A DNA stretch of 64,000 bases. Source: a virus. Shown piece after piece: positions 45,494-54,623 of the stretch. The first letter of the stretch is position 1. Every line of letters begins with the position of its first letter. The stretch is from the IMG/VR virus record IMGVR_UViG_3300036819_000087, positions 43,283 through 107,282 of that record. One strand, 5' to 3'. Made by a program: the position numbers and the translations under genes. The notes beneath the pieces were generated by a model. It ran no database searches. It saw only the letters and a list, made by a program, of their open reading frames with translations, and had not been told where the DNA came from.

Positions 45494-46332
45494 TCTCCCC
45501 AGGCGTCGAACGCGGCGGCCAGCAGTTCCCGCGATTCGGTTTCGCTGGCCGCGGCCGACCACATCTCCTCGAACGCCATCTCGTGCCGCCACACCGTGTC
45601 TTCCTCGTCGAGGCGGTCCAGGTCGCCGCCGAACTGGGGCACGAGCACCTCGTCGGGGACCGGTACCCCGGCCAGGGCGGTGAACGAGGCGTGGATGAAC
45701 GGGGGCAGGTCTCCCGGTACCTCGTCGGAGTCGAGGGGCAGCACCCGCACCGACACCGGGGCGGGGACCTTCAGTATCCGCTCGACCTGCTGCCGCATGA
45801 CCACTTGGTCGCCGAACTGCCGGCGCAAGGCGGGCTCGCCGATGAGCGCCCGGACGGCCAGGCCGCCGCGCTCGAACCGGGCCTGCGGGGCGGTGATCTC
45901 CTCAACCAGCGCCCGGACTGCTCCCGGGGGCCGGGGGAAGATCCGCGCCTGGGAGGTCAGGACGGCGGCCGCGTAGCCGCTGGTCCGCAGGAGGCGGGGC
46001 AGCGTCAGGGGGGCCCACTCCAGGATCGTGTTCGCGGCCGTGAACGTTTCCGGTGGCCTGCCGGGCCCGCGCCACGGCTTGCCGCCCGCCGCGAGGATCT
46101 GGTCGGCGAGGTCGAGGATGGCGGCGCGGCGGCGGGCCGGCACGTTGTACAGGTCGAGGAGCTTGGCGAGGTCGCTGACTCGGACCGGGTGCGCGCAGTT
46201 CTCGATCCGGGACACTTTCGAGATGGACCAGCCTGTGTGGCGGGCCACCCACTCGCTGTTCTCGCCGAGGGCGTGCCGGGCCTGGAGGAGTGCGGTGGCT
46301 ATCCGCCGGTCGAGCACTGATGCGACCGTCAT
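45490..46332 (-). CDS. XRE-DUF5753 (WhiJ/Scr1-like) regulator
   Basis: GWSISKVSRIEN..LLDLY; PRLLRT.GYA..IGEPALRR.FG..VMRQQ. Confidence 0.9.
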   Translation of the reverse strand: MTVASVLDRRIATALLQARHALGENSEWVARHTGWSISKVSRIENCAHPVRVSDLAKLLDLYNVPARRRAAILDLADQILAAGGKPWRGPGRPPETFTAANTILEWAPLTLPRLLRTSGYAAAVLTSQARIFPRPPGAVRALVEEITAPQARFERGGLAVRALIGEPALRRQFGDQVVMRQQVERILKVPAPVSVRVLPLDSDEVPGDLPPFIHASFTALAGVPVPDEVLVPQFGGDLDRLDEEDTVWRHEMAFEEMWSAAASETESRELLAAAFDAWGD

Positions 46333-46369
46333 GCGCTGATAATAGGCACGCAACTAGCCGTGCAAAAAG

Positions 46370-46761
46370 CATGAAAACGGCCCCCGAACCGTCGTCACCC
46401 GGTTCGGGGGCCGTTTTCGCTGGTCACGCTCCCACATCTGCCGGGCCGCCATTTACGCGGCGCGCCGGCCGCGCATTGCGCTCGACCTCCCGGTGTCTTT
46501 CTTCCCTGTCCCCCAGCCCGGCCGTGGTTCAGCGCGTGATCAGACGAACCGGCCCGGCCGGTTGGGTGGCCGGCCGGGCCTGGTCTTTCGCGGCCGGCCC
46601 GTACCCGGTCCCACCCGGTACGACCCCGGCCCTTCGGGAACCCCGCAGAGCTTTCCCAGGGAGATCTCACCCCCCTGTCACCGCAGGCTGGTGACCTGCG
46701 GCCGACCCCAGCCCCCCTCTGCTTGCGGTACCACCCGTCGGCGTTCAGGGGGCCGGGCACG
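46370..46761 (-). ncRNA. Candidate large structured RNA (~390 nt)
   Basis: TTGACG-N17-TAGTGT promoter, many hairpins, terminator; overlapping ORF is unconvincing. Confidence 0.5.
46373..46418. terminator. Intrinsic terminator, 19-bp perfect stem
   Basis: GAAAACGGCCCCCGAACCG-N8-CGGTTCGGGGGCCGTTTTC. Confidence 0.85.
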
Positions 46762-46770
46762 CCTGCGACA

Positions 46771-47256
46771 CTACTCCCCATCACCCGCCGCGTCAACGGG
46801 AACATTGACGGGAGGTGAGGGGGTGGGCTCCTTGACGGCGGCGGGCCGGTCCCGGGCCGGGGCCCACGTCTTGCGGCCGCCGAGCCGCCGGTACCGCTGC
46901 TGCATCGCCTGTTTCGATGGGTAGCCGAGCTGGTCGGCGAGCTGATCCCAGGTCAGGCCCCGGTTCATCGCCGCCTCGATCAGGTCCTGCTCGAAATAGT
47001 CGAGCCGGAACCGCTCCCCCGGTATCAGGCGGAGCGCGTCGACCACATCGTCGGCGAGGATCTCATCACCGGCCAGGCGGGGCACGGTGGCCTCCTTGCC
47101 GAAGCTGAGGGCAAGATGCACGTCGCTGAGCGCGTCTGCGGGAAGGATGCGCGGCTGGCCCGGTGTGTTGTAGCTCGCGTTGTAGCGGTCCAGGCGGGCG
47201 AGCACCTCGGTCTCGGCCTTGCGGGCGAGGTACCGGTGCGGGCTGGGGTTCGTCAT
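46771..47256 (-). CDS. HTH regulator
   Basis: LIEAAMNRGLTWDQLADQLGYPSKQAMQQRYRRL. Confidence 0.8.
   Translation of the reverse strand: MTNPSPHRYLARKAETEVLARLDRYNASYNTPGQPRILPADALSDVHLALSFGKEATVPRLAGDEILADDVVDALRLIPGERFRLDYFEQDLIEAAMNRGLTWDQLADQLGYPSKQAMQQRYRRLGGRKTWAPARDRPAAVKEPTPSPPVNVPVDAAGDGE
46791..46810. promoter_or_regulatory. Operator copy 1, CGTCAA-N8-TTGACG
   Basis: 19/20 match to inverted copy 2; contains a -35. Confidence 0.75.
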
Positions 47257-47288
47257 GCTCCCCCGACGATAACCCCCCCACCCCGCTG

Positions 47289-47308
47289 CGTCAATGTTCA
47301 CGTTGACG
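47289..47308. promoter_or_regulatory. Operator copy 2 providing -35 hexamers of two divergent promoters
   Basis: Minus: TTGACG-N17-TATCGT; plus: TTGACG-N18-TAATGT. Confidence 0.8.
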
Positions 47309-47364
47309 AGGCAAGGAGGTGTGAGGTAATGTCACAGGGCGCAACCGAGGAAAAGGAGCACAGA

Positions 47365-47721
47365 ATGCCCACTGGAACCGGCCCGGTCGCCAACCCTGCA
47401 CTCCCCCGCAGCGCTGGTGGTTTCCCCGTCCGCCGTACCCTCAGCATCGCTGCGGTCGCCCGCCAGTTTGGCCTGACCGGTCACGCTGGGGACGTGTGGG
47501 GTGCCCGGTACGGGATCGGTGTCTCCTCCCCGCCGACCACCGACGACGGGCCAGCGAACCCGACCCCGTGTCCCGAGCCTGACACCTGGTTCGATAACCG
47601 GCCGGCGTGGACGTGGCCGGACCGGGCCGAGGAGTGGGCGCTGTGGATGGCCACCCGGAGCGGGCAGGGCGGCCCCGGCCAGCCCCGGCCCGCTGAACGA
47701 GTCCCCGGCGGCCGCCGTTAG
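47365..47721 (+). CDS. Hypothetical protein (possible DNA-binding)
   Basis: AAGGAG RBS; promoter upstream. Confidence 0.65.
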   Translation: MPTGTGPVANPALPRSAGGFPVRRTLSIAAVARQFGLTGHAGDVWGARYGIGVSSPPTTDDGPANPTPCPEPDTWFDNRPAWTWPDRAEEWALWMATRSGQGGPGQPRPAERVPGGRR

Positions 47722-47729
47722 GGCATGCG

Positions 47730-47768
47730 AAAACGCCCCCACCCCGATCACGGGGCGGGGGCGTTTTT
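47730..47768. terminator. Bidirectional terminator between convergent early and late genes
   Basis: AAAACGCCCC..GGGGCGTTTT. Confidence 0.8.
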
Positions 47769-47795
47769 CGTGCTGCCGACGGGGCTGTTAGCGGC

Positions 47796-48320
47796 TCACC
47801 CGATCGGCCAGTTCCACACGCGCGGCGGCGACTGCCTCGCCGACGGCGGGTCGTCGACCGGGATCGGCCGGATCGGCGCGTGCGGGCCGAACGGGTCGTA
47901 CCCGGCGGCGGGAGGACCGAACCCGACCCCGCCCGGGGGCGGGCCGAGGACCTGACGCCGGTAGGTGACGGCCGGGGTGAGGTTGACTCGCAGCACCAGC
48001 GGCAGGATCACCGACGCGGCCGCCGTGCCCAGCGCGATCCAATGGGCGGGCGGGTGGAACCCGAACGCGGCCGCCGCGGTCACGATCGTGGTCAGGCCGC
48101 CGATGATCGACGGCACGTCCGCAGGCCGGGTCTGGACCGCCGTGTAGATGGTCGCGGCGGCGGTCACGGCCGTGGCCACGGCCGCTTCCTCGGCCGAGGT
48201 GAGCCCGAACACCCACGCGGCCAGGACCGCGAGGCCGCCGCTGCCCGCCCACGCGGCGACCGCCGGCTCATAGGTGAACAGGCGCCGCAGCCACGCCCAC
48301 CAGACCCGGGCCCGGTTCAC
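47796..48320 (-). CDS. Holin-like membrane protein
   Basis: EPAV.. start, 4 TM segments, R..TP end; in lysis cassette. Confidence 0.7.
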   Translation of the reverse strand: MNRARVWWAWLRRLFTYEPAVAAWAGSGGLAVLAAWVFGLTSAEEAAVATAVTAAATIYTAVQTRPADVPSIIGGLTTIVTAAAAFGFHPPAHWIALGTAAASVILPLVLRVNLTPAVTYRRQVLGPPPGGVGFGPPAAGYDPFGPHAPIRPIPVDDPPSARQSPPRVWNWPIG

Positions 48321-49201
48321 AGCCGGAACCGGGCGGTCAGGTCGGTCAGCACCGACGCGGGCTGGTGCCCGCCGGCGACCTGGTGGGCCAGGTGCACGAC
48401 CTGGCCGAGGATGTGGGAGCGGCGCCGCTCGGCCCGGCCGACATGCCCGTCGAGGGCGTCGAGGTCGCCCTGGAGCTCGGCGAGCGCGTCGGGTTCCATC
48501 TCGTCCTCGTGCATGATGACGACCCAGCCTTCGACCACGGCCGCAGCCGACCATGCCCCGTCGGAGTCCTGCCGGTGCCCCCAGGTCACCCACCCGTCGC
48601 AGCCGTGCCCGTCGGCGGTGACCTTCAGGATGCAGTGCCCAAGGTCCGGGTCCGGCTCGACTCCCCCGGCCAGCGTCCACGGCTTCCCCTCGGAGAAGTC
48701 CTGGTCGGCGTTGGGGGTGAGCTGAACCCCGCAGTACAGGCCCCGGAACTCTTGCATCGCCGAATCCATCGCCCCGGTGGAGGTGATGTCGACGGGGGCG
48801 AACCCGGCGATCAGGCCGTGCCGGTACCAGTACATGAGCACGCGGGCCAGGACCGCGCCCTCATCCTTGCCGTGGTCGTACTTCAGGTACTCGGCGACCA
48901 GTTCGTTGCTGGTTTCGCGGGGCAGGCCGGTCAGCCCGTAGCAGGCGGCCTTGGCGTAGTGGTAGTGTTCGCGGCCCGCGAACGGGCAGTCCCCGACCCC
49001 GCCCGGGTGGGTGGTGCATGCCTGGTCGGGGCCGTTCCCGAGCATCCCCCACCCGTCGTCGGGGATCCCGCCGGTCACGTCCACCGGGTACGTCGGGCCG
49101 GCCAGTCCCCCGGTGTATTCGTGCACGTATTTGATCGGGAGCCGCTCCCCCGCGGGCAGCGGGGGCAGGGCACCGAGCAAGCCCGGGACACGGTCGGTCA
49201 T
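48317..49201 (-). CDS. Putative papain-like cysteine peptidase
   Basis: MLGN..GDC..GHCI..VTWG. Confidence 0.55.
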   Translation of the reverse strand: MTDRVPGLLGALPPLPAGERLPIKYVHEYTGGLAGPTYPVDVTGGIPDDGWGMLGNGPDQACTTHPGGVGDCPFAGREHYHYAKAACYGLTGLPRETSNELVAEYLKYDHGKDEGAVLARVLMYWYRHGLIAGFAPVDITSTGAMDSAMQEFRGLYCGVQLTPNADQDFSEGKPWTLAGGVEPDPDLGHCILKVTADGHGCDGWVTWGHRQDSDGAWSAAAVVEGWVVIMHEDEMEPDALAELQGDLDALDGHVGRAERRRSHILGQVVHLAHQVAGGHQPASVLTDLTARFRL

Positions 49202-49279
49202 GGTGTCTCCTTCGAAGTTGGGGTAGAAAAAGAACCGGGCCGGGTGTAAGAAACCGGCCCGGCCGCGACAGATAGGAAG

Positions 49280-49534
49280 ATGAGGGGCATGCTGAAAGTG
49301 CTGATGACCACGCCCGGTCCCCGCTGGACGCTGCTCCTCGGCCTGTCCGGGGACGACGTGACCGAACTGGCCGGCGGCGGCGAGCTGGCGATCGATTCCA
49401 GCGTGTTCCCCGTCGGCGCGGACGCATCGAAGATCACCGTGGTGCTGCGTTACGGCCGCACCGAACAGGCACTCCTCGAAACGATGGCGGCCGATGCGAC
49501 CCCCGAGGCGATCGCCGCCCTCATGCCCGACTAG
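49280..49534 (+). CDS. Hypothetical protein
   Basis: GC3-rich ORF antisense to lysis cassette. Confidence 0.5.
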   Translation: MRGMLKVLMTTPGPRWTLLLGLSGDDVTELAGGGELAIDSSVFPVGADASKITVVLRYGRTEQALLETMAADATPEAIAALMPD

Positions 49535-49753
49535 CTAGTGGACGGGGATGAGGCCGAGGGTGGCTGCGCGGCGACCTTGATCGGCCAGGACTCGGTGGTC
49601 CGCTGCCAGGTGGAAGACGAGCACACCGAGCACCGCGCCCAGTTTGAGGCGGAGTACGAGGGTCGCCCAGGGCTGGTCGAGGCGGTGTGGACCGGGCCGC
49701 CGGCCGTCCTGGACCTGCGGCCCGACCAGGACCGGTGGATGTGGTGGAACGGG

Positions 49754-49924
49754 CTACAGGAACGACAGGAGCCAGGCCAGGCACCAGGCGGCCAGGCCAC
49801 CGGGCAGGAACCAGTCCCCCCCGGTCATGGTGAACATGCCGCCCGAGATGGCGGCGGCGATCACGAAGAACGCGATCCCCAGCAGGGTCAGCAGGATGAC
49901 GAGTAGACGGCGGTCGGCGACCAT
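49754..49924 (-). CDS. Small 2-TM membrane protein (56 aa, absent from ORF track)
   Basis: AGGAGG RBS; MVADRRLLVILLTLLGIAFF..WLLSFL. Confidence 0.7.
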   Translation of the reverse strand: MVADRRLLVILLTLLGIAFFVIAAAISGGMFTMTGGDWFLPGGLAAWCLAWLLSFL

Positions 49925-49933
49925 TGGTTCCTC

Positions 49934-50554
49934 CTAGCGGGTGGCGGGCATGCGGCAGAACTGGCGGAGCTGCGCTTCGGTGCCGTTGAACCGGTCCCGG
50001 TCCAGAGACGTGCCGCTGTACTGCCAAAACGTCCAGTTCGACCACGGCTTCGGCACCTTCGGCTTGGCCACGCCGTAGGAGGCGAGCCACAGGTACCAGG
50101 CGTTCAGCCCCGCACAGGCGCCGGTCGCTGCGAACCCCGGGTTGGTGTAGAGGAGCACCCGGTGGCCGGGGGCGAGCCCGTTGACCGTGTTCAGGAACGC
50201 CCGCGCCCTGGCAGCCACCGTCGCGGGGGCTACATGATCGTTGGACCCGTCCGACTCGGTGGCTTCCAGGTCACACACGAAGTTGTCGCCGGGCAGCAGG
50301 CCGTGCGGTTTGACCGCGGCGACCAGCCGGCCGGCCTGGATGGTGGGGTCCTCGCTGGCGTGGAAAAAGTGATACGCGAACCGGGGCAGGGTCCTGCTCT
50401 CAGCCCACATGCCGTTCCAGTTCTGCGCGAAGTCCGGGTCCGTGGTGTTGAGGCCCTCGGTGGCCTTGCACATGCCGAACGAGATCTTGCCGCGCTCATT
50501 AGCCCAGGGGAAGTGGGCGCCCTGGGGCCAGGCGACGTCGATGCCCTCTTGCAT
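49934..50554 (-). CDS. GH25 muramidase endolysin
   Basis: GIDV..KATEG..AYHFF..DLE..WLASY..FWQYS..DRD. Confidence 0.93.
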   Translation of the reverse strand: MQEGIDVAWPQGAHFPWANERGKISFGMCKATEGLNTTDPDFAQNWNGMWAESRTLPRFAYHFFHASEDPTIQAGRLVAAVKPHGLLPGDNFVCDLEATESDGSNDHVAPATVAARARAFLNTVNGLAPGHRVLLYTNPGFAATGACAGLNAWYLWLASYGVAKPKVPKPWSNWTFWQYSGTSLDRDRFNGTEAQLRQFCRMPATR

Positions 50555-50662
50555 GGTGGTCTGTCCTTTCGGGGGGTTGGTTTCCAGGCGGCCCGGCATG
50601 GCGGGCACCAGCGGGTCGCGGGCTCGAGCTGGTCCCAGTGGCCGCAGCGTGCGCAGTAGCCG

Positions 50663-50953
50663 TCACCGGCGGCGGGCACGGTGATGCTCCTCGACGACCT
50701 GCCCGGCGGTGAGCCCGTCGTCCGGGTGGTGTTTCCGGCACACCTTGCGACCCGCGTTGGTTTTGTGGCGACCGAGCCGCCAGCACCGGTCGACCTCACA
50801 GTTCGCGTGCCGCCACCAGGTCCCCGCGGCGGCCAGGAGCGTGACCTCGCCCAAGTCGGAGCCGACCCCGGACCAGGCGTTGTAGGCGACGGCATGCCCG
50901 TAGGGGGCGCCGTAGTCGAGGCCGAGGAAATGCACGACCGCTGGCCACCACAC
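50663..50953 (-). CDS. Small membrane protein with Cys/His tail
   Basis: WSGVGSD..NCEV.RCWRLG..CRKHHP. Confidence 0.6.
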   Translation of the reverse strand: MWWPAVVHFLGLDYGAPYGHAVAYNAWSGVGSDLGEVTLLAAAGTWWRHANCEVDRCWRLGRHKTNAGRKVCRKHHPDDGLTAGQVVEEHHRARRR

Positions 50954-50976
50954 ACCAGATCACCCGCCCCGCTGTT

Positions 50977-51345
50977 TCACCCGCGGCTGCCGCGATGCTG
51001 GACCTCGACCCGGGTCACCCGTTCCGACAGGCCCGTGAGCTTGCCGTTCACCTTGCTGAACTCTTCATGGGTGGCCTCCGCGAAGGCGTCAAGTTTCATC
51101 CCCATCTCCCGGATCGCGGCGGTGTTGCTGTTGGCGGCCAGCGTGTTCGCTTCCAGCGCCTGGGTTTGCTGCGCCCGGGATTCCCCCTCGACCAGCCATT
51201 TGGATCGCTGCCGTGCGAAAAACCGCAACGCCGCGACCGGGCCGCCGATGATCGCACCCAGCCCGCCGATGATCGCGATCACGTAGTAGGTGGTGACCAG
51301 GCCCTGCCCGTTCGAGGCGGCGTCGGCGAGGGTCGCGGTCAGCAC
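50977..51345 (-). CDS. Membrane/coiled-coil lysis-region protein
   Basis: TM + coiled coil ending RVTRVE. Confidence 0.65.
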   Translation of the reverse strand: MLTATLADAASNGQGLVTTYYVIAIIGGLGAIIGGPVAALRFFARQRSKWLVEGESRAQQTQALEANTLAANSNTAAIREMGMKLDAFAEATHEEFSKVNGKLTGLSERVTRVEVQHRGSRG

Positions 51346-51676
51346 CCGAGCCGCCCGTGGAGGGTCTGGAAGTCGCTGCCGAGCTCCCGTTCGTAGGTGG
51401 CGAGCTTTTTCACGTACCGGCGGGTGGCTGTGTCGCTGGGAACCTGGGTCGAGGCGGGGGGTACGGGGGCCTGATTCAGGAGGTGGATGGTGTCGCACCA
51501 CACGTGCTGGGACTGGTGAACCTGCCAGATGGTGTAGGCGGTGTTGGCGCCGAACGCGATGACCACACCAGCGATGAACGCCGCCACGGCGGCGAGGACC
51601 AGCCGGGTGATCGGGTATTCGCTGCGGTCGGCCGGTTCGCCTGGTTCTGGTCCCTGTTTGCTGGTGTGGGTGACAC
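51339..51676 (-). CDS. Membrane protein, possibly frameshifted near its 5' end
   Basis: GAGGAGG + GTG at 51676 is out of frame with the TM-coding body (ORF 51339-51587). Confidence 0.5.
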
Positions 51677-51716
51677 AGCCTCCTCGGGTCAGCGGATAGT
51701 ACGGTGGGCATCCAGG

Positions 51717-52400
51717 TCAGCCGAGTAGCTGACGCAGCGTGATCGCGTCGCGGATCCGGGCCTCCCGGCCGGTGGGGCTGTCGTGGCCGGGATGGTTGAT
51801 GTAGTTCCCCATGACGGCGCGGCCCTCGGCGTACGTGGTGTCCTGGTGGCCGCCGGTCAGGTCAGCGCGGTCGTGGTGCACCTGGACCGGTATCAGCCGC
51901 TCCATGCCGACGCGGCGGCCGACCTCGGAGATCCACACGTCCACGTTGGGGGATTCGGATACGTGGCCGAGGTGGGCGGTCCAGGCGGCCGGCCAGGCGG
52001 GGAAAAAGTTCCCGCCCGGCAGGTTGGAGGACAAGGCCAGCACCGCCGGGTCCTGGGACATGATGGCCACGTCCCAGCCGTCGGTGAGCATGGTGGCGTC
52101 ATCGTTCCACAGCAGGCACCAGCGGCCCCGCGCCATCCCCGCGAGAGCGTTGTAATACCGGTGGAGCTGCGCGTACCCGAACCGTTCCGGCGCCACCCAC
52201 AAGCGGACCAGGTCGTGCCCATAGTCGGTGTGGGCCTCGTCGCCGAGCGTCTCGGCTACTTCCCTGGTCATGGTGTCATCGGGGTCGGCGGCGACCAGGA
52301 CCTCGACCTGGGCGGGGCTGGTGGCCTTGCCGAGGAGGCTGCCGATCGACGCGGCCAGGCTGGCCGGGCGGCCGCGGGAGGGGAGCAGGACCGAGATCAC
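51717..52400 (-). CDS. Glycosyltransferase, GT-A/GT2-like
   Basis: ISVLLPSRGRP..DPDD..LWNDD. Confidence 0.85.
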   Translation of the reverse strand: MISVLLPSRGRPASLAASIGSLLGKATSPAQVEVLVAADPDDTMTREVAETLGDEAHTDYGHDLVRLWVAPERFGYAQLHRYYNALAGMARGRWCLLWNDDATMLTDGWDVAIMSQDPAVLALSSNLPGGNFFPAWPAAWTAHLGHVSESPNVDVWISEVGRRVGMERLIPVQVHHDRADLTGGHQDTTYAEGRAVMGNYINHPGHDSPTGREARIRDAITLRQLLG

Positions 52401-52524
52401 CGGCGTCTCCTCCCCCGCGCCCGGCCGGCCACCTTGCTGTCCCGGTAGGCGATCACCGCGACCACGGCCACGGCCGCCAGCACGGCGGCCCCCACGGCCA
52501 GCGGGACCGCCCACAGAAGCCACC

Positions 52525-53727
52525 TCACTGGACCGTCCCCGCGTCGGCGACCTCGAAGTGCGGGAGGGGGAACACCATCCGCCCGCCCGTGTTGAGGTAG
52601 TCGCGTTCCCGGTCGAGGAACACCGGCCGGAAAAACCACGGCGAGACCAGCAACGCGTCGGGCGGGTCGGCGCGCATCTCCTCTTCGGAGATGATGGGGA
52701 TGCCGGTCGCGGCCATGATCTTCCCGACCTTGGCCGGGTTCCGTTCGACCGCGGCGGGGAGCAGTTCGGGGCCGGCGCCGATCATCTGGAGGATGGTGCC
52801 GCCCCGCGTGCTGGCCCCGTACACCAGCACCCGGCGGCCGTCGGTCTGGGCGTCCTGGAGGAACTGGCGGGTCCGGTCCAGTTCGGCGGCCACCTGCTCA
52901 CCCCACGCCAGCCAGGTCGCCGGCTGGCCGAGCCGCTGGACCCGCTCGGCGCCGAGCGCCGCCTCGACCGACGGCCGGACCGGCCGCACACCCTGATGGG
53001 AGACGAGGACCCGGAAACAGCCACCGTTGACCTCGGAGTAGCCGACCCCGTTGATTTCCAGCCCGTACCGGGCCAGCAGCGGCTGAAGGCTGCCGACGCT
53101 GAAGTAGGTGCAGTGCTCGTGGCAGATGTTGTCGACCGCGTTGGAGCCAAGCATGGCGGCGGCGTAGTTCTGCTGGATCAGCCACACCCCGTCCGGGGCC
53201 AGCACCGACGCGACGCCCTCGACGAATTCGCCGGGGTCGTCGAGGTCGTAAAACATGCTGACCGAGGTGATCACGTCGAACGGTTCGGGGCAGTACTCGG
53301 GCCGGAAGAAATCCGGGATGACCGCGTCGGCGTGGGTGAGTGCCTCGTCGCGGAACTGGCCGAGCGGGTCGATCCCGCAGCGGAACACCTCATCCGGCAC
53401 GTTGGAGAGCAGGGTGCCGTCGTTGCAGGCGATGTCCAGCCAGGTGGCCGGGTCCGGGCGGGCGGTCAGAGCATGCCGGGCCACGTCGGCCAGATCCGCG
53501 CGGATGGCCTCGTTCACCCCGGATTTGAACCCGTACCGGTCGTGGTAGAGCAGGTGCCGGGGTGTGGTCACCTCGAGCTGAAGGAGCCCGCAGCCGGTGC
53601 AGATGACCAGGGTCAGCGGCCACCGGTCCCCCCGTGGCTCGCCGGGGTCGATGAAGTCGGGGAGGTAGTGGCCGCCGAGGTCGAGGACCTGTTCCGTAGC
53701 GGACTGGCAGGAGCGGCAGGTGTTCAC
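52525..53727 (-). CDS. NDP-sugar C-methyltransferase-like SAM enzyme
   Basis: CRSC..CTGCGLLQL..LDIACNDG..ICHEH..YGASTRG..PWFF..FPLP. Confidence 0.9.
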   Translation of the reverse strand: MNTCRSCQSATEQVLDLGGHYLPDFIDPGEPRGDRWPLTLVICTGCGLLQLEVTTPRHLLYHDRYGFKSGVNEAIRADLADVARHALTARPDPATWLDIACNDGTLLSNVPDEVFRCGIDPLGQFRDEALTHADAVIPDFFRPEYCPEPFDVITSVSMFYDLDDPGEFVEGVASVLAPDGVWLIQQNYAAAMLGSNAVDNICHEHCTYFSVGSLQPLLARYGLEINGVGYSEVNGGCFRVLVSHQGVRPVRPSVEAALGAERVQRLGQPATWLAWGEQVAAELDRTRQFLQDAQTDGRRVLVYGASTRGGTILQMIGAGPELLPAAVERNPAKVGKIMAATGIPIISEEEMRADPPDALLVSPWFFRPVFLDRERDYLNTGGRMVFPLPHFEVADAGTVQ

Positions 53728-54623
53728 CGGCTCCTCCAGTAGGCGAGCACGTCGGCGAGGGCCTCGTCCAGGCCCCGGCGTGGTGCCCACCCGGCCGCGG
53801 TCAGCTTGTCCACACTGATCACCGGGAACTCGTGTGGCCGGTCCGCGCGGCCGAACCGCGGGTCCGCCTTGGTGGGGATGCCGTCGGCCATCGTCGACAT
53901 GGACAGGAGCAGGTCGAGGACCTGGCCGATGGTCACCGTGGCCGGGCTGGCCACGTTGTAAATCCCCGCCGGCTGCTCGATCGCCACCTGGTAGGCGGCG
54001 ATCACGTCGTCGACGTGGGAGAAGTTCCGCCGGGCGCCGAGGTCGCCGTGGGTGACGTGGTCGGTTTCGCCCCGCTCGACCGCGACGATACGCCGGGCGA
54101 ACGCTGACTCGGCGTTGACGGATTGCCGGCCGTGCCCGCAATGGTTGAACGCCCTCGTCGTCACCACCGGGAGACCCCAGCGCCGCGCGTACACCATGCC
54201 GAGGGTGGTCGCGGCCAGCTTCGACACCCCGTACGGGGTGGTGGGCTGGCAGACGCTGTCCTCGGTGAGCACGTCACCACGGTGCCAGTGCTCGTACCCG
54301 TACTCCTCGCTGGTGCCGGCCAGCAGGACGCGGGCTTCGGAGCCGACCGCGCGGACGGCTTCGAGGAGGTTCAGCGCCCCGGTCGTGTTCACGTCCAGCA
54401 CCCGGCGCGGGTCCACCATGGACTCCCCCGGCCACGCCGCGGCGGCCAGGTGATAGATCCGGTCCGGCTCGAACGACTCGACGATCCGGCGGATCTGTTC
54501 GTAGTCGCGAATGTCATGCCCGAACCGGGCGTCGAACTCCCACACCTGATGGCCCTGGTCGATCAGGGCCGTGGCCAGGTGACGGCCAGCGAACCCGGCC
54601 GCGCCAGTGATCAGAATCCTCAC
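53724..54623 (-). CDS. NDP-sugar dehydratase/reductase (Gmd/Rmd-like SDR)
   Basis: ITGAAGFAG..SEEYG..PYGVSK..RAFNH.G. Confidence 0.92.
   Translation of the reverse strand: MRILITGAAGFAGRHLATALIDQGHQVWEFDARFGHDIRDYEQIRRIVESFEPDRIYHLAAAAWPGESMVDPRRVLDVNTTGALNLLEAVRAVGSEARVLLAGTSEEYGYEHWHRGDVLTEDSVCQPTTPYGVSKLAATTLGMVYARRWGLPVVTTRAFNHCGHGRQSVNAESAFARRIVAVERGETDHVTHGDLGARRNFSHVDDVIAAYQVAIEQPAGIYNVASPATVTIGQVLDLLLSMSTMADGIPTKADPRFGRADRPHEFPVISVDKLTAAGWAPRRGLDEALADVLAYWRSR

Noticed and set aside
46370-46761. RNase P, tmRNA or self-splicing intron
   Set aside because: Conserved hallmark sequences not found by eye
2209-47352. Integron attC array
   Set aside because: Motif is not palindromic, is dispersed on both strands, and the recombinase is not IntI-like
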